NCBI RefSeq assembly: GCF_964355755.1
Contig: NC_092680.1
Coordinates: 19,229,045-19,293,044 of the forward strand
DNA length: 64,000 nt
Reading direction: 5' to 3'
Source: Antedon mediterranea
Lineage: Eukaryota; Animalia; Echinodermata
The notes under the pieces are model-generated. The model was given only the letters and a program-made list of their open reading frames with translations, had not been told where the DNA came from and did not search any database. How positions within the stretch are numbered: position 1 is the first letter of the stretch; the number at the start of each line of letters is the position of its first letter. Both the position numbers and the translations under genes were made by a program. This document shows positions 1 to 12,196 of this stretch, in pieces.

Positions 1-810
1 AAACAATACAAAACTTAAGATGTCAGTTGATGACCTACATTTATACGGCGGTCCTACACTAGTAATGGATTTCGTTCAAAAAAAGTCTTGATTTGAGTCA
101 CAATGTAGATCACTGATAACTTCAATTGCGCATGCGCGAAAAATATGTTGATATGCATGCTGCACTGAGACCGAAGATGTGGGCCTAACAATTCATCTTC
201 GGAATTGGAAGTGTATTTGAGATAAAGATGTATGACCCTCCAATACTTTAAATGGTGCCATCTTCTCAATAAAAGTTCAATAGTCATAGAAAAAGTATTC
301 GTCAAGGATTTTTAGCACGGACAAAATTAACTTGGCTTCAGTTCATCAAGTGTAATGTTAGCGTACACCAGAGTTTCACCAGCGTAGTTCCTAGTAAATC
401 ATCTTTAGTAAATCGTTCTTGGTATTCGTTGATTTGACGTGATAGAACTGTCATTCGTAATATCTTTTTATTGGTATTCGACGGGGGACAGATAGCCTGT
501 CATCTGCTTAAAATAAAAAGGGAAGTTTTTATAGACAGTAAATTATGCATTTAAAAGCTTTTTAGAATACTTGGATGAATTTTTAAGGTGGAAGGTAATT
601 TTTATTATGTTATATTCAGGAAAGATGCCGTCAAAACTTGTTAAATCACATATTCGAGAATGTAAATAGGCAGCAGCGGGGTAACGGAAACCAACAACTA
701 ACTAAAAATACACAATAAAATACATTTTAAAAGGAAAGGATAAAATTAACACGAATTGAGTAAGTTGAAATTGCTTGTGCTGTTAAAAGTACAGATCGCT
801 TTATAGGGAC

Positions 811-3800
811 ATGCTACCTCGGACATCCCAAGCTACGGAACCAACGCACGACTTGCCTTCAATATCGTCGACTAATTACGATGATATTGATAGAGATCGA
901 CAGAACAACAATGTTTTAGATGCGGGAATTAAACAGAAGAAAGGTGCTAAACGTATGGGCCCCAGACCTCCGATCAAACCAGTACAGCGCATGGCAGCCA
1001 ACGCACGTGAGAGGGCAAGGATGCGAGTGCTCAGTCAGGCATTTTCTATGTTAAAAACCACCTTGCCCTGGGTACCAGCCGATACAAAACTTTCAAAGTT
1101 AGATACACTTCGCTTAGCATCTAGTTACATTGCACATTTACAAAGTGTGCTAGATGACGAGGACCAACCGGATTCAATGGGAACTCATCCGATAAATCTT
1201 GTAAGTATATTTGATTTGTTTTATCGTATGATACGTGTATATATCCATTGTTTGGTTACTCGTTTTTTAAAAGAATATTTTTAGGTACAGTATTGTTTAA
1301 AATGTAGTTGTGCACGTATGTTATGTATTGGTTAGGTATCGTTCCTGATTCATACCGGTACGCTGTATCAATATCGTTATCAGTATCGTTATCGGTGTCA
1401 TTCGAATTGCTTATAGTGTCTATTGTTTTTTTTATTTCCATCGTCCGCGTTTTTTTTATCTAACTTCTTTTCATCCCATATTCAGCAAAAAAAATACAAT
1501 AAATGGTTTTATTCTATATTTTAAAACGTTGTTTCTTATCATAAGATAAGATAAAGAAATGTTATTGCAATCTATACAATAAAAATATATGAATGAAGTT
1601 GAACAAAATTCACATTGAAATTAGTACGAAATCATTCTATGATACATAAACAACATGAACCTTCAATTTGTTATGTTTTTCTTAGGAGATAATTTGAAAG
1701 AAGTAAAATAAACTCAGTTAAGAATAGTCTGTACACAGGAGTGCATGCACCGGTTTGGATACTAATTTCAGAATTTACAACCGAATCAAACATGACCGTC
1801 GAATGCTGTTTATTTAGACAGGCTTCATAAAATGATAGTCTTCGTGTAGGCTGCCGCGTAACTTACACTAAAAGATAAAATGTAAAACTTACAGCGCAGG
1901 CGCAAAGACGTAATGTGACCAATCACAAGCGTCCATCGGCTCAGCATTTTGAATACGTCATTAAATTAATTATGTGCGCGCTGTGTCCGTACGTCACTTT
2001 TTGTGTGTCCTAGTAACTTAACCAAGGTGAAGTTTCGATATTATTTTTGTGAGATTGTCTGTTTTAAAAACTTGTTTAAAACATTATAGACAATGATTTA
2101 TACAAAATAAAATGTCATTTCTATTAACATAAAATATCAATCAAACCAAAAAATCAACTATTGATTTATTAAACCGTACACAATCAAAACAACGTGTTTT
2201 ATTCTTGGTAGTTTGTAGTACAAATCTATACCGTAAGTCGCTAATTATAACAAGCCTAAATAATAATTTGGGTGTAATTTCTTTTCGTTTTTATAAAGGA
2301 TAGGCCCTATACTACGATTTTCTGGTGATTTCAATATTCATAGCTAACTGTAACCAAACTTCTGTGTGGCCTACATTTGAGAGTAGTTGTTACTCACAGT
2401 TATTAACGTGTTCAAATCCCCGTTTACGACTGTTACATAAACGTCCATTACGCGATGTCTATAATTTAACGACTTCTTTTCATGCTAACAAAAAACTAGG
2501 GAGAAAAACAAATCAAAGGTCATTGTAAGTGTCGTCCGATAATATTGACATTACAACGAATAATTTCCTTTTTAAAATTAGCAAAATGGATATATGTTGT
2601 ACCGGATACAACCAAGCTGCAATATCAACAGTTTACTAAGCATATTGAATCATGGTTAAAGAATAAAACACTGTTGTGTATAAACACTGCTCTGAATTTA
2701 TCCGGCACCCAGATTTATGCCTATTGTCTGTTAAAAGCTATGCGTTCTCCTAGCTACCGGATTCCGGTCCGACGTGAAAAATACGTTTAAACAGGGAAAA
2801 TGTAATTTCACTCTACCCTGATTCAAGTAGCAACAGGACCTGCCAATGTACTTTTTTATCCGCAATACTCATCGGTACAACCTTTGACTACAGTCACCAA
2901 CTTTCTTGTTTATTATTGGTTAATGGCTTAGCCGGTGGCGAACAATTAACAAATCTACCGTAAATAATTTGCAAGATTATGCCGCTCTAAATCCGGGTCA
3001 CTTGACTTCTCATCTCAACTATTTATAATAAAAACTATCAATGCAATATCAATGTTCTTGCTAGTTGTGAAGTTAATTCTATTTGAATTGAGCAAGCCTC
3101 ATTATTTGAAATATTGCACGTCAGAGCATGTTAAATAAAACATGACATTTATAATGTTGTAACGACATAGTGTTTGTATACGGGCCTTTTTCTGTAGCGA
3201 AAAATGTTGACACAGTAGTACTTACCGTATTTAATCTACAATGTTTAGAACTTTTAAATCAGAGCTCACAGAATAAAAAAATGTGTTAATTAAAATAAAA
3301 TGTTTAAATGTCAATTGACTCCAACCTTCTCATTTATACTATTAATTCTCTCTATCAATTAGGAAATTAATTTCTACCAGCTAATACTTTTGTTTCGACA
3401 TCACCAATTCGGACACAGATAAACTTTGATTTCGTTCTTTTCAGGAAAGTTACATGATCGCAGTTGAAAACTTAACTAACTTTTCTTGTACGGAATAAAT
3501 GTTCTCGCGTACGGAAAAATTAATCTCAGAGGCCGACTGTGTTCCCTCAGTTTTAATCCTATAGCTATATAATCCTTTACTCTGTATTTGTTTAAATAAT
3601 AACATTCAAAATGATGGAACTCGATATCGGAAAATATTACGTTTTTGCAGAAAAGCACATCTTCAATCATTTGTATGATTTTGATTTAGTCATGGAAACA
3701 GCGATACAAGAATCCCAGGCCTAGTTAACTCATAATTTTTTTGTTTTTGATATAATTCACAGTATGCAAATGAATGTTTTGAATTCATTGAATAAAGATA

Positions 3801-4021
3801 ATAATAATAATAATTTCAAAAACTATTCAACTCATAAACATTCATTATTTGTATAAAACTGCGGTTGTTATTCTTCAGTTCAGTCATTTGAATTTTTTGT
3901 TTCTTTATAGACCTGGCCATTCGCATCGACGTCTCGCTCACCTATTTCAAACGAAGACGAGAGTCCCGATGAAGATGGAATTGATCTCAGCAGCAACACA
4001 ACAACCTCAGACACAGAATGA
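811..4021 (+). CDS. TCF21: bHLH transcription factor of the TCF21/musculin (MyoR/capsulin) family, 2 coding exons, 166 aa
   Basis: Exon 1 (811-1200) encodes [52 protein letters not shown], nearly the TCF21/MSC bHLH, and ends at a GTAAGT donor at 1201. Exon 2 (3911-4021) follows TTTATAG and begins TWPF, restoring the family motif HPINL|TWPF, with stop TGA at 4019-4021. TCF21 vs MSC cannot be distinguished; a single pro-ortholog is likely. Confidence 0.93.
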
Positions 4022-5839
4022 TATTATTGCAATGCTGCCCTTTATGTATTATTGCAATGCTGCCCTCTATGTTAAACATAAAACTCTGAACACTAATGAA
4101 ATTAACTGGCACAACTCTAATTAATTTACTTGACTTACTTGATTTATTTCTTTTGGATGTGATATTGATATTATTATATAACGTAAAACAAAATTAGGAT
4201 TTGACAGTGGCATTAAATGGTATATTTTTACACTGAATAACCAATTAATATACTTATTAAACGTTTGTTTTCTTTTTAATATTGTTGTTACCTGGTTTCT
4301 ATTTTGTGTGTTGTAAATTTTAAACAAGCATTCATAGTCCTAACACTAAGAAAGTGAAAAATGACTATAACACTGTTTCACAACTGTAACAAAAGTTAAT
4401 CTTCAATCCAAGCAGTTCCCATCATTTAATAGCATCAAATCGAATTTGTTAAACCATTCACACAACGTATATTGTATTAATAAAAGTAAAATCAATGGAT
4501 AACGAAAAAATAATTGTCCTAGCGCACAGTAAGTTCTCGTCTCAAACTAAAACTACGAAACTCTGTCCGAGAACAAAACAATCGGTTACTAACCCCTCTA
4601 GTTCTTGTTAGATAAAATGTAGCATCCTATTTAAAAAAAAAATAAATATATAATATTCAAATAAAAAAATTGTATAAATTTGTATTCTTAGATTTTAAGA
4701 TTTATATATATTTTTATATGGTATAGTTTATTCCATTCTGTAAGGGGTGGGTTTCCCGCTGTTGAATGAGTTTGAATAAAATAAAATAAAATAAATAAAA
4801 TAAAAAGACACTAATTGATAGTACAAAACCAGGAAAACAATGTCCGCGTTGCCGTATAGGCTATGATCAGCACAATAGAGAGCTTTCGATATGTATATAT
4901 TGTGTCGTTGGTCATACCTAGAAACCACCAAAATAGTATCACGAGGAATAGCGAGGAAGCACTTCCCGCATGCGCACAATTAAATTACCACATGACTTGT
5001 CCCATGTCGTTGCAAATAGAATGCTCCCTGGTATTAGTACCGAACATTTTTCATCAAACATTTTCCATGCAGTAATAAGTTCCTGTATGATAATGGTAAG
5101 CTATTGTCTTTGGTTGTATTCTCACTAAACAATACTTATACAAAATGACGATATATTATAGATAGTGGAGAAATGTAATGAGGTTTTAAAACACTATACA
5201 CCCCGGAATACTGTATTGGTAAATTTTGCTGGCGGAATTTTAACTCGCAAACCGTACTTCAAGTCGGTGAATTAGTCCATACTTTAAATGTAAGTATTTA
5301 ATTATTAGAACCGTACATAAGATGGATGTGATCTGGTCATAATAAGTATTTGCTCAGTAAAAGCAAACACTTAACTTATTTGTTTTTTCATTGATATCAT
5401 AAAGTAAATTAAATAGCCTATTTCTACCTTTATGACGCATAGTAGTGAGGCACAATATAGCCCTTTTACTACTATCGGGTAGGTGGGATATCTTCCTCGA
5501 ATTCTATCCGTCTTTCCAGCCATGACGCGTTGCTTAACCCACTGTTTAGAATATTGTTGCATCACACAGAGAAAAGATAGAAATCGAAACCATATCCTGT
5601 GGGTATAAGCAGGGAAGAGTTTAAAATAAGCCTATCATATTCTGTGAATGTTATTGTTTTCTATTGTTTCCGTTTATTGAAATAATAGTGAAACATATTG
5701 ATTTTTCAGCATTGAAATCACAAGCATGCTTGTACAAAACTAAAGGAATATGGGTCATGAATAAAGGTTTCGTTTTTTTCCTTGTAGACATTAAACTCAA
5801 CAACACTTCCTATAGTGTTAGTTGATGAATATTTGCAAA

Positions 5840-8800
5840 ATGAATAAAAATGTCAGCAAATATCTACGCGGCTTTTACTCGTCGTTTGAACGCAGCTTTA
5901 ATAAACGTGTTTTATCAGACGATAGTGAGATAGAGGAAGCATATAAAACTGCTCAACAACAAGGAATGCTTCCGTTTAACAGAACTAAAATTCTTATCCT
6001 GGGAGATCATGCTGCGGGCAAAACTTCAACTTGTAGGCGTTTACAAGGAAAGGAATTTCGACAGAATGAGCCGAGTACAATAGGAATCGAAACTGACTCC
6101 GTCAAAGCTAAAGTCACTGATGTTAACAGTAAATGGTGTGCTGTAACTAATACACCTCTAGAAGACTACGAATGCTCTGCGGCATGGTGGGCAGTATCAC
6201 ATGTGTCCAAGCGAAGTAAAAATGAATCGAGGTCATCTACCATTACGAAACCGAATGAAAAAACGAAATCTTTAATAAGACAGACAGTCGACGACTTTAC
6301 TTACCTAGTTATTCACAATTTTCCTATAATGATCACCTTCCTTGTTGGTGGATTTACATTCGGATTTGGGTTTATTTCGTGGATATGTATACTATGCTTA
6401 ATGTATATTTTTGATGCTCACAGTGCGTATCGATTTGGGTCAGCATATACGATTGCAATGGTGCTCGTTGATAGCGCCATGAACACAGGCCTAACTGAAG
6501 TCAATAGTGAAGCACACGGGATATATTGGACAGACACCATACACGACACGATGACAGTGTGTGCATATGGAGTGATTGGATTAATAACTGGCGCACTTAT
6601 GGGAGCCGGAGGAAGAACTGGCATCTGCATAGCATTCAGTATAATGGTACATCCTAGACAGCAAATGTTTACTATTGCGAACGTTACTAAAACGTTCATT
6701 ATTATTTATAGTAGAGCATATTTTAAATTGTCAATTTACATATTTGCTATTACCACCATCATAATCAACAAAAATGTTCACTTCAGGCTGTATACTTTGA
6801 GTCGAAAAAACTGTATCATGTTATTGGCGATTATTGTGATGTTTCTCAACGTGCTCTTTTTTATTGGAAGACAATATTTTACAAGTATATTCGTTTCTTC
6901 GTGTGTTGCAGTAACTGTTTTTTGTACAGCTAATGGTATTATAGTCGGTCGAAACTTTGTTGCTTATGGATATATACCTCAGAATTATATATTCAAAAAA
7001 TCAGTTGGCTTTATAGCCGGGTTATTCATAGCATATTTTTGCGATTGGCAACTTGTGTGTTTTCAATCTGAAAATACAGATAGATCGATATCTCTGTATT
7101 TTATTAATTTACTTTTTATTATTTTACCGATTATTTCATTTATTATCTACGAATGGTTTGCATACATGAAAGTTAAACACACAACGTCTATTCCAATAAC
7201 ACATGTCAGACAGTCACTAAAAGCAGTCATTCGTAATGAATGTTATTTAGATGCTAGGCTTAGTTTATGGGACTTTGCCGGACAAGAAATGTATTATAAC
7301 ACACACAATCTGTTTATGCCTAAGCAAGGCGTATATTTGATAGTTTTCAATGCAGTTAAAGCTGTTCTAAATCCAGGAAAACAAATTAAACGTCTCGAGT
7401 ATTGGCTCCAATCTGTAGCCATGCATGCAGAAATAAAAAATGTTGTAGTCCTGCTGGTAGGAACCAGAAGAGATGATACTAAGGACAATAACGCCCTTGA
7501 AACATTTCTAACACTAGCTACTATTCATCTTTACAAACGATTCTCCAAACTACTTGCATTCCATCCTTCGGGAAAGTTATTCTTTTTTCTTGAAAATGCA
7601 TTGAACATTGACAAAGAACGGAATGTATTACGTGACGTAATCTACAGTGAGATTAGAAAGTTAGATTTTTTTCAACAAAAGTTCTCTATCAAACATCTGC
7701 TGTTTAATCAAACGCTTTCCAAGCTTCGTCAAAAGAAAAGGTTGATTGTTAGCTTAGAAGAAATGTCAGAAAATGAAAAGTCCATATGGACAACAAATGA
7801 GTTGCGTCAACTTTTGATTTTTTTCGACAGATCTGGAGAGATTATTTACAAGGATCATGATGAGTTACTTCGTAAGTACGTAATCTGTGATCCTCAACTA
7901 TTGGTAGACTTTCTTAAGTTCTTAGTGAACATTCCAGAACCTCACAAGAGAAATCGAGAAGTAGCCGATTGCTGGCAAAAACTACAAGAGGAAGGAATCG
8001 TCGATAGTCGATTACTGCAACATATCTGTCAACTTCAAGGAATTTGGGCAATGTATCCTTACGTCATTTCTTTTTTAGTTGGCACACATTTGTTGTTTCC
8101 CCTTAATGTTTCCAATGAGGTGGAACCAACCGGTAGCTATTTTCTTGGATGTCGATTGCCTAAGATTGCGTGTACTTCCACAATCTGGAACAACGAAGAT
8201 GAGTCACAGACCGTATTCTATTTTGACTTTAGAGAAATTTTAACAGAAATTTTATTTCTGCGTATCGTCGCTAAATGTTGTGAAGAATTTACGTGGGATA
8301 AGGTTTATTACAATGCAGCAAGAATTAGAGCCAGTAAGTCATGTCTTTTTATGATTATGACCGATACCATTTCTGGAAAGATTGAACCGTGTCAGAGAAA
8401 CCTGATAAAACTTGCCATACATAACGATGACCAATCACAGACTATGCACGTCCTACAAACAATAATTAATATTACTGAAGAGATAGTCAATATTGCTTTT
8501 GATCCAGACCACTTTCGAGAAAATTACATCTATGGACCTCGGTGTAACACATGTAGTTCCTTAGGTGATAATTTGTCTTTGGTAAATCTCGTATCACCTG
8601 GTTATTACGTGTCTTCGTTGGACGGCTACAGACCAGACCATTACCACAAGATTTCACTTAATCCTAAGGTACGCTATTATTCACTAGATTGACTAAAATA
8701 ATTATTTCAAATATATAGGTTGAATTGAAAACAAATTTATTCAGTATTCGAACTGTATTTTAGTCTATTTTCAATTCAATACAGAGCAACTTAAATTGTC

Positions 8801-9178
8801 TACTGTAATTAAATGCCAGGCAACCGGTTTCAAGAAACGTTATAGATGTGTTGTTTTAATGCTCAATGGTTAATTAAAAATATACTTAAAGACCCATTTA
8901 TACTAGTACGATAACGATCGACGATTAATTTTATTGTTCTTCTACTGATCATGACGTCATTTGATTTGATTTTAATGTATATTATCAAAGACAGCATACA
9001 TGTTTATCTTAGTCATAGTTGAATGAAATGAATGAAAACTTTATAATGTTTTTTTGTTTTATGTAAGAAAGATGTTATCGATTTATCGTCGATCGTTATT
9101 AAATTTTAGATACTACAAAGAATTTTTATTTGTTTTCAGTTCAGCTTTACCTGTAGTAGAATTGACCAGAAATTGTGA
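5840..9178 (+). CDS. Roc-COR (Roco family) GTPase with a multi-pass transmembrane insert inside the Roc domain, copy A
   Basis: The large exon 5840-8668 has its ATG aligned with the copy B start; an alternative in-frame ATG lies at 5825. It encodes G1 GDHAAGKT, G2 STIGIET, G3 WDFAGQEMYY, G4 VGTRRD and COR-like LIFFDRSGEII/YVICDPQLL. About 10 hydrophobic segments lie between G2 and G3. The donor AAG|GTACGC at 8668/8669 splices to terminal exon 9140-9178 (FSFTCSRIDQKL*), which has a homolog in copy B. Confidence 0.85.
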
Positions 9179-10017
9179 TTATCAGCAAAGAAAAAAGAAG
9201 ATATTAATATATATAAAGATTAAAGACTATCTCTTTAATAACTGGAACCCAATCATATGAAAATATTGGATTTGGTGATTTTATTACAGTACAGTTCTTG
9301 TTTACGTTTTGTAAGTTGTTCTTTTACTAGGTCTATTAAATCAAATCAAATCAAAAAACTTTATCAAATTCCATTATAAAGTGTATTCTTAATTGATGTA
9401 CGGATAGTAAAGGGAATTTGTCATGGGAGTATTTTAAAAATTATAAATTTTCCCTACTAATATTTCTCAAAACTCTATAATTTGTTTTCTCTGTTTCGAT
9501 TGTATATTCATCAAAATAAACCAAACGCAATATTAGTTTAAGACGGCACGTTTGATTGGTTCATATGTGACAACTTTTTGAAGAAGATTTTCTGTACAGT
9601 TAAGTGTGTAGTACGAGTGTGGACCTCTTTTAAAATTGCTTTTTGGTTTGGTGGCGCTATTCATGGTATAACAAAAAAAAACCTAACAATAGCAAATTGC
9701 CCTCTATGTTAAATATAAAACTCTGTAATATATTAATTGACTTTATATTTTTAACATTTATTTCTTTGGACACAAGGATGTGATATTGATGATTTTATGA
9801 CGTAAAACACAAAACAAGATAAAGATTTTTCATTGGCGTTAAATGGTCTATTTTTTTGCACTGAATAACCATGAATTAACATACTAATAAAACGTTTGTT
9901 TTATATAATTGTTGTGTTATTAATGGTTTCTATTTTGTGTGTTGTATATTTTAAACAAGCATTAATAGTCGTAAAACCAAGAAAGTGAAAAATGATAATG
10001 AAAAGTTCATCTTCAAT

Positions 10018-10184
10018 AGGGTTTATCGCAAATTGCGTGAGCGATGCATGATGGGAAGGGTTTGGGAGCAATAGCGCCACCACCAGTATATAAAGTTTAT
10101 ATTATACGGTGGCGCTATTGCTCCGAAACCCTTCCCATCATGCATTGTGCAATGACGTTTCTCGCGAAATTTGCGATAAACCTT
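10018..10184. mobile_element. Palindromic foldback MITE, 167 bp, AT target duplication
   Basis: Arms AGGGTTTATCGCAAATT...GATGGGAAGGGTTT..GAGCAATAGCGCCACC and their reverse complement. The paralogous empty site at ~4400 reads CTTCAATCCAA. Confidence 0.85.
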
Positions 10185-10287
10185 ATCCAATCAGATCCCA
10201 GCATTTAATAGCAAATCGAACCTGTTTTACCATTACGTACATCGCGCACTGTAGGCCTATTTATAAAAATCAGACAAAGTAACATCA

Positions 10288-10547
10288 AGTTCAAGTTCAA
10301 GTTAAAATTTATTCACATAATGCAAACATATACAAAATATAAGAGATACAAGTGGTTGGAAATTAAGTAAATAATAGTTGCATTATGCCTGGAGAATACC
10401 ATTTAAACCCCAAGGGGCTTTAAGCCTGGATCCACCAGAAAGAATAAAAAAGTTAAAAATAATAATAATAAGCATTAAGGTGAAGGTTAGCGACTGACAG
10501 ACAGGGACGGACATGTACGACGATACAAACACGACAAGGACGACAGG
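10288..10547 (-). mobile_element. 3' end of a LINE (CR1/L2-like) or related retroposon
   Basis: The minus strand ends in AATAAA followed by a (CTTGAA)n tail. It is flanked by an ATCAA duplication and absent from the paralogous site at ~4490. Confidence 0.6.
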
Positions 10548-10864
10548 ATCAATGGTATTTAGATATAAATGAAGGAATTTGAAAATCTATTCATACACAG
10601 AGTAACAATCAGTTAGTGACCCCTCTTGTTCGATAAAATGTAGCTATCATACCATAATATTAGAAAGAGATAATTGTGAAAACCAGGAAATAGTTAAAAT
10701 AGTGTACCGGTACCGCAATACTGTAACAACACTTAGAGCAATTATCGTTGCGGTTTTATGATCAGCACAATAAAGTCGAGCTTAAAAGATTTCGTCGATT
10801 TAGTTAGCGCATAATGACTGTTTTTGGAACGGTATACTGGTAGATAGTACCACATGTGCAGTAA

Positions 10865-11312
10865 ATGAATTAACAGTGAAGCTCATGCAAAATGGTGCAT
10901 CCCTTAAAATAGATGTTTACAATTGCAAATATTACTGAAAAATTATTAATAATTGTAGCTATTGTGAATTGTCAATTTATATATTTGCTATTACCACTAC
11001 GAATCTACAGAAACGTTCACTTCAGGTTGTATACATTATTCGAAGGAAAGGTATCTTTTCTTATTGATTTATCTCAATTATGCTGTGTTTTTGGAAAACA
11101 GTATATTTCAAATGTTTTCACCATTTCTTGTGTTGCAATAACATTATTTTTTCCACAGCTAATCAGTCGAGCAAAATTTCGGAGCTACTCGATGTTTGCC
11201 TCAAAATTATATATTCAAAAAATCAGTTGATTTTATAGCAGGCTTATTATAGCATAATTTTGCGATTGGAAACTTGTCTGTTGGCCATCTGAAAATACAG
11301 TAAACGTATATC
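10865..11312 (+). pseudogene. Decayed fragment of a third Roc-TM paralog (TM-insert region only)
   Basis: Matches the copy A segments SEAH, MVHP..MFTIAN, NVHFRLYTL, QNYIFKKS and CDW.LV...SENT, with an internal deletion, frameshifts and stops. Confidence 0.85.
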
Positions 11313-12196
11313 ACAGTACTGTACTGTATTTACTCTTTAAGGTCAATTTACACGAGCGGTAACGGTAGCGGAAAACCACTAGCGTGTCCCTAATAAATTA
11401 GAATAGGGGTACGTTCACTAACTGTAAGTGTCGATAATGGCTTTTCAATATCAATGAATAGTAATATAGCATTTTGCCTCCGTAACAATGTAAAAGTAAC
11501 AGACGGTGAAGAATTATAACGTGTGCTGCTACGGTACATTGCTCTTAAGGGAGTAAGTTTTGCTAATGGAATTCCAACTTGCAAACTAAACGTTAAAATG
11601 TTTTAGGTTGATGTTGAAGTTGGTGTGTAACCTAGAACGTGACAGGTAAGTGTTGTAGGCCTATTTACACCTCCTAAACCGTGACTTATCAAATTGTATT
11701 AATTTATTCAGTTCTTATAATAGGCATTTTGTAGGTAAAACAATATTAGATCTGCCACATTATCGATACTATCGCTATTCAAATTATTATTGATATCAGA
11801 TATTAATCATTAGCTGTCTAGCAAATTTCCGGGTCAGCAAAATGGTAGACCTATTTCCGAGTACTAGGCGTGGTCACGGTGGGTAAGTCCTAAAATTCAA
11901 AAAACTCAAGTCCTCGGGGTGGCTGTACTGAGAGAGAGTTCAATGCCGATGAGGAGTCCCGTGGGCTATTATCAGGGCCCAGCACATTTCCATGCCAAAC
12001 GAACCCAATATCCCTATACCGTCGTAATTAAGAGTAATTGTTTTATTTTGCTCTGGGGTACCAGTATTAAATTATTATCAGTAGCCCAATGAACATAGAA
12101 AACAACATTTTGTTTAATAAACTTTTATTTCAGTATTCAAATGCCACTGTGCCTATTTACTGAAGCAAAGCACAAACTGTATACAAAATAATTGCA

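Larger units (their letters stand above)
9698..10790 (+). repeat. Segmental duplicate of 4061-~4890 (TCF21 3' UTR and the region upstream of Roc copy A)
   Basis: Colinear blocks are shared with 4061-4890, e.g. TGCCCTCTATGTTAAA.ATAAAACTCTG, GGATGTGATATTGAT, GGTTTCTATTTTGTGT, AAAACCAGGAAA and ATGATCAGCACAATA. The duplicate is interrupted by two later insertions. Confidence 0.85.

Noticed and set aside
1201-1284. C-terminus of the 157-aa ORF (VSIFDLFY...)
   Set aside because: This is intron read-through past the GTAAGT donor. The conserved TWPF continuation is at 3911.
5822-8692. ORF-track boundaries for Roc copy A, and a bacterial/contaminant origin of the nearly intronless genes
   Set aside because: 5822 is a TTG, and the end VRYYSLD is read-through of a donor conserved in both copies. 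A spliceosomal last intron, host-like composition and embedding among animal genes argue against contamination. Ancient retroposition or transfer cannot be assessed here.
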